Below, in pieces: positions 19,750-29,291 of a DNA stretch of 64,000 nucleotides. The position numbers were made by a program, and so were the translations under genes. The stretch's first letter is position 1. Every line of letters starts with the position of its first letter. Origin of the DNA: Candidatus Hydrogenedentota bacterium (GTDB lineage Bacteria; Hydrogenedentota; Hydrogenedentia; Hydrogenedentales; SLHB01). Location of the stretch: positions 192,001 through 256,000 of the forward strand of contig CAXXYE010000009.1 in assembly GCA_963674865.2 (NCBI GenBank), in the 5' to 3' direction. The notes beneath the pieces were generated by a model, which made no database searches, was not told the DNA's origin, and was given only the letters and a program-made list of their open reading frames with translations.

Positions 19750-21355
19750 ATTCACGAGGCCCATCGCCTGCATTCTGATGGCCCTACTCGCGGCCTGCGC
19801 TGCGGCGGCGCCCCGAAACGCACGGCCTGCGAAGGAGGACAGACAAGAAGATCTTACCGTGCGCGTACTCCTCGTCGATGACCAGCCCACCGCGTCGCTC
19901 ACTTCCACTGTGGACCTGCATATCCAGGACGGCGGCCCGGCGCGCCGGCTCCCCCCGGGCACGTGGATACTCACTATCCAAGATGCCACGCCACCCGCGC
20001 AGAGGTTTCACTTGTTCGCCAAGACCTTCCCCCTGGCTGAAAGAGCGGCCGCACAGGCCTACGTGCGGGAGTGGCAAGAAAAAGGCATGACACCGGAAAT
20101 CGTGTCTTTTGGAAAGCGTCTCCAGGCCGGTGACAAACGGTTTCTCGACAACCGTGTGCTCTGGATATCGCTCATTCAGTGCAAGACCTTGTCCGACGCC
20201 GAACAGCAGCGCAAGGACCTTGAGAAGCAAAGCGTCTGGCCATGGATCCAGGCAGAGACCGTTGAACCTGGGAAAGGCACATTGGTAATCGAGGACAAAT
20301 CGGCCCAACCGGCGCTTGAGATGAGTCTCCCCGCGCACATCCACTCCGACACCCCCCTTGTCATCGGCGGGGGAGACTACGGCTTCTGGCAAGAGCGCCG
20401 GGAAGACCGTACCTACAACGGGCCCTTTCAAGTAAGCGTCGGCAGCCATGGCAGGCTTACGGTGATTGAGACCGCCGACATTGAGACATACCTCTGCGGC
20501 GTTCTTCCCGCCGAGATGCCCCCGGGATGGCCCATCGAGGCCCTGAAGGCACAGGCCGTCGCCGCCCGCAGCGAGGTCCTCGCCGGAATGAACGGCCGCT
20601 ATGCCCTCGAAGGTTTTGACTACTGGGCCACGGAACGGTCGCGGGCGTACCTCGGCGCCGGGGGCAGGCACCCCGCCACGGACACGGCCGTACAAGCAAC
20701 GGCAGGCCAAGTCCTTACCGATGGGTCCAGAATCGTGCCCGCTGTATTCTCAGCCACGTGCGGTGGATGGACGGAGGATAACGACACGGTCTGGTCCGGG
20801 CCTCCCGACGCCCAGCTTCGCGCCGTGAGCGATGTAGTGGTGAGCGGAGACAACCCCGCGCACAAGCCGCAGGAGCAGGGCCTGGCCAATTGGCTTCTAC
20901 GCCCACCCAAGGCGCATTGCAGCGGCGATACAACCTACTTTCGCTGGCGCAAAACCCTTTCCCAGAAAGAACTTACAGCTTCCGTTAACAAGCGCCACCG
21001 CGTCGGCCAAGTCCGCGATATCCGTCTCGGCGACCGCGGCCCGGGAGGTCGGCTCAAGTGGGTGCGCGTCATCGGCAGCGAAGACTCCGTCGTTATTCGT
21101 AAGGAACTCCCCATCCGACTTGCATTTAATGGCCTTCCCAGTGCAATGTTTATAGTGGACTGCGGCAAAGGAGGCGATGGTCAAACCCGATTCACCTTCA
21201 TCGGTGGAGGACGAGGCCACGGTGTAGGCCTCTGTCAGTATGGCGCCCGCGGGATGGCTGCGCAAGGGGCGTCATACAACAGCATTCTGCGGCATTACTT
21301 CACGGCGGCCCGAATCGAGAGGGTGCTTATCCATGGACCTGACAGCAATCCCTAG
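19727..21355 (+). CDS. SpoIID/LytB-domain lytic transglycosylase, exported; start uncertain
   Basis: YLCGVLPAEM, EALKAQAVAARS, GHGVGLCQYGA, ILRHYF; hydrophobic N-terminus. Confidence 0.85.
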   Translation: MHFKIHHRFTRPIACILMALLAACAAAAPRNARPAKEDRQEDLTVRVLLVDDQPTASLTSTVDLHIQDGGPARRLPPGTWILTIQDATPPAQRFHLFAKTFPLAERAAAQAYVREWQEKGMTPEIVSFGKRLQAGDKRFLDNRVLWISLIQCKTLSDAEQQRKDLEKQSVWPWIQAETVEPGKGTLVIEDKSAQPALEMSLPAHIHSDTPLVIGGGDYGFWQERREDRTYNGPFQVSVGSHGRLTVIETADIETYLCGVLPAEMPPGWPIEALKAQAVAARSEVLAGMNGRYALEGFDYWATERSRAYLGAGGRHPATDTAVQATAGQVLTDGSRIVPAVFSATCGGWTEDNDTVWSGPPDAQLRAVSDVVVSGDNPAHKPQEQGLANWLLRPPKAHCSGDTTYFRWRKTLSQKELTASVNKRHRVGQVRDIRLGDRGPGGRLKWVRVIGSEDSVVIRKELPIRLAFNGLPSAMFIVDCGKGGDGQTRFTFIGGGRGHGVGLCQYGARGMAAQGASYNSILRHYFTAARIERVLIHGPDSNP

Positions 21356-22493
21356 GAAGACGACGCGATATGTGATCGGACTCATGTCCGGCTCATCGTG
21401 CGATGGCATCGACGTCGCCCTCGTACGAGTCAAAGGCTCGGGCCCCGGCTGCCTGGTCAAACTCATGAAATACGAGCGCGTGCCCTTCGACCCCGCCCTT
21501 CAGACGCGCCTCCTGATGCCTCACATCGACGCGCGCGAGGTCTGTCTTCTGAACTTCGAACTGGGCGAGCAGTTTGCCGCCGCCGCCAAGGCCATGGTCC
21601 AAGCCGCCCGCGACGAGGGCCTATGCGAAGTCGATTTTGTCGCCTCCCACGGACACACCGTCGCCCACGTGCCCCCAAGAGGACACAACAAGGTGGGGAC
21701 CCTCCAAGTGGGCGAACCGGCCCTCATCGCCGAGCGGACGGAACTGCCCGTTGTCTCGAACTTCCGCACCCGGGACATGGCCGCCGGCGGACAAGGCGCG
21801 CCCCTCGTGGCTTACGCCGATTGGCTTCTCTTCCGCCGGGAGGACCGCAACGTCATCTGCCTCAACCTCGGCGGCATCGCCAACATGACGGTCGTCACCC
21901 CGGAACTTGGGAATGTGCTCGCCTTTGACTCGGGCCCCGCCAACATGGCCATTGACGGCGCCGTGCGCCTGCTCACACGCGGCGCGGAGGAATTCGATAA
22001 AGACGGTGCCGCTGCGGCTCGGGGAGTGGTCATCGACGAATTCCTCGAGTATCTACTGGACCACCCCTTCTTCGACCAGACACCCCCCAAGAGCACGGGT
22101 CGCGAAGAGTTCGGACCCGAGGTCTACCTGCGTGACGCCCTGGCCAGCCGCAAGGACAAGTCGTTCGAGGACTTGGTATGCACCGTCACCACGGCTGTCG
22201 GCTACACAATCATTCGCGCCTACACGCGTTTCGTGAAGCCACAGTTCAAGGTCGCCCGCCTGATTGTCAGCGGCGGCGGGGCAAATAACAAAGCCCTCAT
22301 GCGCATCCTGCGTCGGGGCTTCTCCGACACCGTCGTACGCACAAGCGACCATTACGGCATCCCCAGCAAAGCGCGCGAGGCCCTCGCCTTCGCCATCTTG
22401 GGCAACGAAGCCATCTGTGGGGAGCCGGCCAATGTCCCGAGTGCAACAGGAGCCCGGAAACGGGTTATTCTCGGAAATATCACACCGGCCTAA
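21333..22493 (+). CDS. anmK: Anhydro-N-acetylmuramic acid kinase
   Basis: GLMSGSSCDGID, SHGHT, RDMAAGGQGAPL, KSTGREEF, SGGG. Confidence 0.93.
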   Translation: MDLTAIPRKTTRYVIGLMSGSSCDGIDVALVRVKGSGPGCLVKLMKYERVPFDPALQTRLLMPHIDAREVCLLNFELGEQFAAAAKAMVQAARDEGLCEVDFVASHGHTVAHVPPRGHNKVGTLQVGEPALIAERTELPVVSNFRTRDMAAGGQGAPLVAYADWLLFRREDRNVICLNLGGIANMTVVTPELGNVLAFDSGPANMAIDGAVRLLTRGAEEFDKDGAAAARGVVIDEFLEYLLDHPFFDQTPPKSTGREEFGPEVYLRDALASRKDKSFEDLVCTVTTAVGYTIIRAYTRFVKPQFKVARLIVSGGGANNKALMRILRRGFSDTVVRTSDHYGIPSKAREALAFAILGNEAICGEPANVPSATGARKRVILGNITPA

Positions 22494-22708
22494 CGCCCGC
22501 CCTCGCAGAAACACCTATCTCCATCCTCTCTCGAGTATCCTGCTCCGCCTCACCGTATCTACTAAAACTACTCTTAAGCCTTTTTCCTGCTGCCATAACA
22601 ACAGATCCCGCGCATATTTTTCCATTTTGCGGCCTTTTTTCTGCCTGTCTTCTGCCCCCATATGAGCCTACGCTATTGAAATTGCTCAGGTTAGAACATC
22701 GTTAGAAC

Positions 22709-22755
22709 ATACAAGATTTCGTTTGACAGATCGAAGGAACCACTATATAATGGGG
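22709..22755 (+). promoter_or_regulatory. nrdD promoter with tandem NrdR boxes
   Basis: Perfect TTGACA(22723-22728)-17 bp-TATAAT(22746-22751); ATACAAGATTTCGTTT 22709-22724 and CCACTATATAATGGGG 22740-22755, 31 bp apart. Confidence 0.85.
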
Positions 22756-23004
22756 TGTACGGTCAAATTGATTGACCGTCGGGAGAATCTGCTTGTGTCT
22801 CCGCAGAAGCATGACCTCGCCCGTGGCGGAGGGAGGAACCAGGAGGTGGCCGCCGGGGAATTATTCAGGCGTTACACCCTTCTTTAGAAGCCGTAAGCCC
22901 TTTTATTGAATGATTTTCCTCCCTCTGGGTCACACGGTACGAGGCCGGACGCGGTCGCGGGCAGATGTTAGATCCTGGCGAGACGCGCGGTAGGAGTACC
23001 ACCT

Positions 23005-25110
23005 ATGTTCGACCAAATCCGCAAACGCGACGGAAGTATTGAGAAATTCCACCCCGAAAAGATCACCTGGGCCATATTCAAGGCGGCGGCGGCGTGCGGA
23101 GGCACCGATTTCAGTCGCGCGGAAGAACTGTGTGCCGAAGTCGTCCGCCTAGCGGACGGCAACTTTCTCGAACGCATACCTGAGGTGGAAAGCATCCAGG
23201 ACCTCGTAGAGAAGGTCCTCATCGAGAATGGCCATGCCCGCACGGCCAAAGCGTACATCCTCTACCGTGAGAAACGCGCCAGCGCTCGCAACCTCAACGC
23301 GCTCATTGGCGCTACCATCGACCTCTTCTCGGACTACTTAGGCGATCGCGATTGGCGCATCAAAGAGAACGCCAACATGCAAAAGAGCGTCAATGGCCTG
23401 AACAACTATGTGAGGGAGTTCTTCACTACCAACTACTGGCTCCATGAGGTCTATCCCGCCGAGGTCCGGGAGGCCCATGAGAGCGGCGACGCTCATATTC
23501 ACGACCTCGGTTGGATGGGGCCTTACTGCGCCGGTTGGGACCTGCGTCAACTGCTCATGGAAGGCTTCGGCGGCGTACCAGGCAAAGTGGAAAGCTCACC
23601 TGGCCGTCATCTCCGCTCCTTCCTCGGCCAAATCGTCAACTCCACATTCACCACGCAAGGGGAAACAGCCGGCGCCCAAGCCTGGTCCAGCTTTGACACC
23701 TACTGCGCTCCTTTCATTCGCTATGACCAACTTACCTATGCCCAGGTTCGCCAGGCCCTCCAGGAATTCATCTTCAACATCAACGTACCGACCCGCGTCG
23801 GCTTCCAGTGCCCCTTTTCGAACCTGACTTTCGACCTCACGGTTCCCAGCACGCTCCGCGATCAGCCCGTCATCATCGGCGGCAAACCAATGGAGGAGAC
23901 GTACGGCGAGTTCCAGGCGGAGATGGACCTGTTCAACCAAGCCTTCTGCGAGGTCATGATGGAAGGCGATGCCAAGGGACGCGTGTTTACATTCCCCATC
24001 CCAACGATCAATATCACCTCCGATTTCGATTGGGATTCGCCCGCCGTAGACGCCTTCATGCGGATAACCTGCAAGTACGGCATTCCCTACTTCGCCAACT
24101 ACGTCAATTCCGACTTGTCCCCCGAGGACGCCATCTCGATGTGCTGCCGTCTGCGTCTTGATACCAAGGAGCTTCGCCGCCGCGGCGGCGGCCTCTTTGG
24201 CAGCAATCCCTTAACCGGCTCCATCGGCGTCTATACCATCAACCTGCCTCGCATTGGCTATCTCTCGAAATCCAAGCAGGAATTCAAAGCGCGTCTCTGG
24301 CGTCTTGTCCACATCGGGAAGACATCGCTCGAAATCAAACGCAAGATCATCGAGCAGCAAACGGAACGCGGATTGTATCCCTACTCCGCGCGATACCTCA
24401 GAGCGATCTACGAGAAGACCGGTGAGTTCTGGCACAACCACTTCAGCACCATCGGCGTCGTCGGCATGAACGAGGCGCTCCTCAACTTCATTGGGAAAGA
24501 CATCACCTCCCCTGAAGGCCAGGAATTCAGTATCGAGATCATGGAGTACCTGCGGGATCTGCTCATGGAGATCCAGGAAGACACCGGCCATGTCTACAAT
24601 CTCGAGGCGTCTCCCGCCGAAGGTGCTGCATACCGCCTTGCCCGCCGCGACAAAGCCAAGTATCCCGAAATCCTCGCCGCCGGAAACGGCACCCCCTATT
24701 ACACGAACTCGACCCAACTGCCCGTCGGCTACACCGACGATGTTTTCGACACGCTCGAACTCCAGGACGAACTCCAGTCGATGTACACGGGAGGCACGGT
24801 TCTCCATCTGTACCTGGGAGAAAGCATAGAAGATAATGCCGTGAGCAAGCGCCTAATCCAGCGCATCTTCAGCAAGTACAAACTCCCTTACCTATCCATC
24901 ACTCCTACTTTCAGTATCTGTCCGGAACACGGCTATATTCGCGGCGAGCACTATGCCTGCCCGCAATGCCATAGTGAAACCGAGGTCTGGTCGCGCGTCA
25001 CCGGATACCTCCGGCCCGTCGCCAACTACAACGAAGGCAAGAAACAGGAATATCTCGAGCGCACGAAGTTCCGCGTTCCGGAAAACGTTGAGGCAGTAGC
25101 GCAGGCATGA
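23005..25110 (+). CDS. nrdD: Anaerobic (class III) ribonucleoside-triphosphate reductase with ATP cone
   Basis: IRKRDG ATP cone, HIHDL, SMCCRL, EASPAEG, CPEH...CPQC, SRVTGYLRPV. Confidence 0.95.
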   Translation: MFDQIRKRDGSIEKFHPEKITWAIFKAAAACGGTDFSRAEELCAEVVRLADGNFLERIPEVESIQDLVEKVLIENGHARTAKAYILYREKRASARNLNALIGATIDLFSDYLGDRDWRIKENANMQKSVNGLNNYVREFFTTNYWLHEVYPAEVREAHESGDAHIHDLGWMGPYCAGWDLRQLLMEGFGGVPGKVESSPGRHLRSFLGQIVNSTFTTQGETAGAQAWSSFDTYCAPFIRYDQLTYAQVRQALQEFIFNINVPTRVGFQCPFSNLTFDLTVPSTLRDQPVIIGGKPMEETYGEFQAEMDLFNQAFCEVMMEGDAKGRVFTFPIPTINITSDFDWDSPAVDAFMRITCKYGIPYFANYVNSDLSPEDAISMCCRLRLDTKELRRRGGGLFGSNPLTGSIGVYTINLPRIGYLSKSKQEFKARLWRLVHIGKTSLEIKRKIIEQQTERGLYPYSARYLRAIYEKTGEFWHNHFSTIGVVGMNEALLNFIGKDITSPEGQEFSIEIMEYLRDLLMEIQEDTGHVYNLEASPAEGAAYRLARRDKAKYPEILAAGNGTPYYTNSTQLPVGYTDDVFDTLELQDELQSMYTGGTVLHLYLGESIEDNAVSKRLIQRIFSKYKLPYLSITPTFSICPEHGYIRGEHYACPQCHSETEVWSRVTGYLRPVANYNEGKKQEYLERTKFRVPENVEAVAQA

Positions 25111-25844
25111 AGATAGGGGGCCTAGACAAGACCTCCCTGGTCGACTGGCCGGGCATGATCGCGGCAACAGTTTTCACGGCCGGCTGCAATCTGGATTGTT
25201 TCTTCTGCCATAACCGTGCCCTCATCAAACGGGACGGCCAGCCCGCGGCACTGGATCCGGACGAGGTGTTGACATGGTTAGGCGAACGCGTCGGTTTTCT
25301 TGACGGCGTTGTCATCTCGGGCGGCGAGCCTACTCTTCAGCCCGGACTCACCGATTTTGTGCGACGAGTTCGCGATCTCGGTTACCGCGTGAAACTCGAT
25401 ACTAACGGAACGCTGCCGGATATCGTTCGGGACCTTGTTCATCAAGAACTAGTCGATTACATCGCCATGGATGTCAAAGCACCCATGGAGAAATACGAAC
25501 ATGTCTGCGGCGTGCCGGTCGATCACGGCACCATAAACGCCACAATCGACCTATTACTCCAAGGCCGCGTAGACTATGAGTTTCGTACGACTTGTGTGCC
25601 TCAATTGACGGAAGATGACATGGTGGCGATCTCTCGACGCATTGCCGGCGCACGCCGCTACGTCCTGCAGCAATATCAGCCGGAACATACTTCCGGGGCC
25701 AAAAAGCAAAATCCGTCCAATGAAACGCCTCATACGCCGGGTTGGGCCGCCCGCGTGATCCAGAAGATCTCATCTAACGTCGCGGCTGTGTACCTCAGAG
25801 GTTTCGTACGGGACGTCTCCGTGGCGCAGTCATCTGCCGCATAA
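25107..25844 (+). CDS. nrdG: Anaerobic RNR activating radical SAM enzyme
   Basis: GCNLDCFFCHN, SGGEPT, KLDTNG, YEFRTT; ATGA overlap with nrdD. Confidence 0.9.
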   Translation: MKIGGLDKTSLVDWPGMIAATVFTAGCNLDCFFCHNRALIKRDGQPAALDPDEVLTWLGERVGFLDGVVISGGEPTLQPGLTDFVRRVRDLGYRVKLDTNGTLPDIVRDLVHQELVDYIAMDVKAPMEKYEHVCGVPVDHGTINATIDLLLQGRVDYEFRTTCVPQLTEDDMVAISRRIAGARRYVLQQYQPEHTSGAKKQNPSNETPHTPGWAARVIQKISSNVAAVYLRGFVRDVSVAQSSAA

Positions 25845-25935
25845 TGAATAGATTCCTCTCAGCTAATTTCTAGGGCGTGCTGCTGCCCAATCTGACGGTC
25901 TGCCCGCGTGCTGTAACACAATCAGGGAAGGTCTT

Positions 25936-26958
25936 ATGGAGAAGATACGCACTGCGATCCTAGGATACGGCCGTAGCGGCAGTAATCTTCACGCTGGGGC
26001 CATTGAGAAGAATCCACACGCCTTTGAGATGACTGCCGCTTGCGACGTCGATCCTGAACGGCAGCAGCAGGCCAGGGAACGCTTCAGTTGTCACGTCTAT
26101 GACGACTACCATGAAATGTTGGCCAAGGAGAGACTGGACCTCGTAAGTATCGTCACACGCAGCGATCAACATTGCCAAATGACCTGCGATTGTCTCGCGG
26201 CGGGCGTTAACGTGCTGGTTACAAAGCCGTGGGCAATTGACGAATCCGAAGCACAACGCATGATGGCCGCGCAGAAAGTATCGGGAAAGCAACTCTTTCC
26301 TTGGCTGCCGGCACGCTGGGGAGCGGACCTCCTGCGTCTCCGTGAACTTCTCAGCGAAAACACTATTGGTAATGTTTTTCTTGTGCGACGTTCGGTTACG
26401 TGCTTCAGAACGCGGTCAGACTGGCAAACGGAGCGCCGGTACGGGGGCGGGTACTTGCTCAACTGGGGCCCGCATATCATCGATGCACCCATTCAACTTC
26501 TTGGAAGCCCGGTGAAAACGGTGTACGCAAGTATGCGGCAAGTAATCAATCCCAATGACGGCGAAGACCTATTCCTGGCTGTAATGACGCTCGAAAGCGG
26601 CGCCTTGATTCAGGCGGAATTCACCATCACCATCGAGGGAATGCCGAGCTGGTTCATCCAGGGGGATCGCGGTACTATCAAGATTCACGGGAACAAGCTA
26701 AAGCTATACTGTGGAACGCCGGCGCATCCGGACGATCCAACGGCCTACAAAGACATCGATGGCAAGCAGGAACATATCCGTGAAGAAACCTTGAACGGAG
26801 CACTCTATGGGGATGAAGTGGCCATCTATGCTGAGGTGGCCGAAGCTCTTAGAGGTTCAACACCTTTCGCGGTAACGCCATCTCACGCACTGGCGCTCAC
26901 GCGTATTCTCGACGCTATTCGTGCATCGGACAACGGCAACTGTCTCGTTCAACTATAG
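25936..26958 (+). CDS. Gfo/Idh/MocA-family oxidoreductase
   Basis: AILGYGRSG, VLVTKP, GGGYLLNWGPH. Confidence 0.85.
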   Translation: MEKIRTAILGYGRSGSNLHAGAIEKNPHAFEMTAACDVDPERQQQARERFSCHVYDDYHEMLAKERLDLVSIVTRSDQHCQMTCDCLAAGVNVLVTKPWAIDESEAQRMMAAQKVSGKQLFPWLPARWGADLLRLRELLSENTIGNVFLVRRSVTCFRTRSDWQTERRYGGGYLLNWGPHIIDAPIQLLGSPVKTVYASMRQVINPNDGEDLFLAVMTLESGALIQAEFTITIEGMPSWFIQGDRGTIKIHGNKLKLYCGTPAHPDDPTAYKDIDGKQEHIREETLNGALYGDEVAIYAEVAEALRGSTPFAVTPSHALALTRILDAIRASDNGNCLVQL

Positions 26959-26959
26959 T

Positions 26960-27644
26960 GACGCTGACTTTTGCTTTTGGGAAAGTGATTTGCTAGCATG
27001 ACCTCGGTCACTTCGCTCGATAGGACACCTTGGGGATATGTTGTGGATAACTTCGATAGGTGGGCTTATTGAAGAGCATATGGTGTGATCATGTGCCCAG
27101 CCGAAGTCTCTAGTAGACAATATCTTAAGGTATCGCGGCCGAACATTTCTTGAATTTCGTGATTGTTTGTAAGTCTTTTTAATTAAAGTGTTTATGAAAC
27201 ACCAAAAACGCCGCCAAAGAACAGAGGTTGTCAACATGGCCACTGTTCCACGGTTTTGGTATAAAGACCGACAGAGACGTGATTCAACACCGGATCGACC
27301 TGTTTTTGAGGTGTGGAAAAACCGCAGCAAAGCTCCGTGGAACACGTTCTTCGCGCATTTGTGGACAGTACCTTCAGCCTCCGGGGATAGACGAACTATA
27401 CTTTCCACAAACAATGATGCGTCAAGCGTAAGGAAACAACCAACTAGCAGGCCGCCCGTGAATATGTGTATAAGTGCACACTGTTCTTCCAGGAGAATTC
27501 CACAACATAAATGCTTGTGCAACAACGGAGTTGGCTTGATTTCCAGACTTTCCACAAGTACTACTAAGACTACTTCTATTTTTATAAATAATCGAACTAC
27601 ACTATAGCCAAAGATAATTCACACACCCTTACGGAGACTCACCA
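26960..27644. other. Candidate chromosomal replication origin (oriC): DnaA boxes, DnaA-trios, AT-rich unwinding region
   Basis: TGTGGATAA 27042, TGTGGAAAA 27312, TGTGGACAG 27360, CTTTCCACA 27401, TGTGTATAA 27465, AATTCCACA 27496, CTTTCCACA 27548, then TAC TAC TAA GAC TAC TTC TAT 27559-27579 and TTTTATAAATAAT. Confidence 0.85.
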
Positions 27645-28751
27645 ATGAAAATTAAAATTCCCCGGCAAGACCTTCTAAGTGCGGTCAACAGAGTCAAGAC
27701 TGTTGTATCACCCAGGTCTGCTTTACCCATTCTGTCGCATATACTCATTGAGACAGGCGAAAGTGCCCTTCGTCTTTCCGCTACAGATCTCAAGGTAAGT
27801 ATCGAGTGCTGGACGGATTGTACCGTGATGGAACCTGGTTCGCTTACACTATCATCGCAGCGGTTATCCTCAATTCTGGCCGAGATGCCGGAAGGAGATG
27901 TGACACTCCAGCTTGGCGATAACCGCGTTGTAGTACTGGAAGCAGGCCGAATTCAGACAAAGCTTTTCAGTATGGCGCCCGATGAATTCCCGCCTATTCG
28001 CGACTTCAAAGATGTTGAGCCACTTGTACTGAAACAGGGAATTCTCAAGAGGCTTTTCGAGAAGACGTCGTTTGCCATTTGTACCGATCAGGCGCGATAC
28101 AATCTGACAGGTCTACTCGTCGAGATTGCGGATGGGCGGCTTACTGTCGTGGCCACGGATGGGCGTCGTATGAGTATGTGCGTTGAGGGAGAAGATATTC
28201 CCGACGGCATCAGCTTCAAGGTCATTATCCCTGGCAAGATGATTTCGGAACTCGAGCGTCTCTTGGGCGATGAAGATGAAGTCAAGGTCTTCATAAATGA
28301 GAGTCAAGCGGCTTTCGAGTTTGGGTCAGTCCGCCTTGTCTCGGCGCTTATTGAGGGCAATTTCCCGAACTACCAAATGGTTGTTCCGAAGAAACAGGAT
28401 AAAGAGGCGGTTGCGGGCCTTGAAGCCTTCATAGAGGCCGTTCGACGCACACGGACGATGACAAATGATAAGTTCAACTCTGTCCGGCTGAACCTGAGTA
28501 ACGCCACGATGACACTTAAGGTGGTGACGCCGGAGGTGGGCGAGTACGTCGAGGACATGGCTATCGAGTATGAAGGCCCATCACTCGAGATTGCCTTCAA
28601 CCCCGATTTCATTCTTGAGGTCCTGCGTCACATTGATACCGAAAAGGTCATAATCTCACTCAAGGACGCTATGAGCCCGGGTGTCCTGAAACCACACAGT
28701 GAGACACAGCTTGACAACTATATGAACGTGATCATGCCTATCCGCATCTAG
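27645..28751 (+). CDS. dnaN: DNA polymerase III beta sliding clamp
   Basis: LPILSHILI, SATDL, VATDGRR, IEGNFPNY, IAFNP, VIMPIRI. Confidence 0.96.
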   Translation: MKIKIPRQDLLSAVNRVKTVVSPRSALPILSHILIETGESALRLSATDLKVSIECWTDCTVMEPGSLTLSSQRLSSILAEMPEGDVTLQLGDNRVVVLEAGRIQTKLFSMAPDEFPPIRDFKDVEPLVLKQGILKRLFEKTSFAICTDQARYNLTGLLVEIADGRLTVVATDGRRMSMCVEGEDIPDGISFKVIIPGKMISELERLLGDEDEVKVFINESQAAFEFGSVRLVSALIEGNFPNYQMVVPKKQDKEAVAGLEAFIEAVRRTRTMTNDKFNSVRLNLSNATMTLKVVTPEVGEYVEDMAIEYEGPSLEIAFNPDFILEVLRHIDTEKVIISLKDAMSPGVLKPHSETQLDNYMNVIMPIRI

Positions 28752-29291
28752 GTTGCGCTCGTCAGGGGCATCCTGCGAAACGTCTAGTCACTGTGTCGGG
28801 CGTGACTTCTGCCTCATGATCCCATCACTAAGAATCTCCCAAGGTCTCCATTGCTTTATGTGCCGCTGAAAGAAGGTACTTGTCTTCGAAAGTAAGGCGG
28901 CTACGAAGCGTTATATGGTGCTGACCATGCCCATATCTTGTGTTTGAAGCCTACGTTTTGGGCGGCATTCGGTGTGTGGATAAGTTGTGAGTTATCCACG
29001 GGCGATACGTAAGTGTTAGCATCAAGGCAGACATTCTGCTCAGTGTTCACACCTTATCTGGAACTCACAAGAGTCCATAAACAACTGTTATATAGTGTTT
29101 TATAGGTTTTGCATCATCTGAAGATAGGCACAGAATAGGAGCTAGGTTCTATCTTGACAGATGACGGGGCGTGCATGTCAGGTTGTGGAAAAGGTCGTGG
29201 AAAACGTTGACAGAGACCGTATGCTACATCTTGGGCCCTTATTCAGGCTCATGGCCAAAGAAACGACGGACAAAGCAGTTCATCAATGACC
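28752..29291. other. Second DnaA-box cluster downstream of dnaN
   Basis: TGTGGATAA 28975-28983, TTATCCACG 28992-29000, TGTGGAAAA 29184-29192, CGTGGAAAA 29196-29204 in a 540-bp non-coding gap between convergent genes. Confidence 0.7.

Noticed and set aside
22759..23004. Cobalamin riboswitch in the nrdD leader
   Set aside because: Could not find the GGGAA..GGTG..AA.CC core or the B12-box (GCCACTG/ACTGT) elements
26953..27607. ORFs 26953..27555 (-) and 27188..27607 (+)
   Set aside because: No recognisable motifs; they run through the DnaA-box array, so they are most likely chance ORFs in the origin
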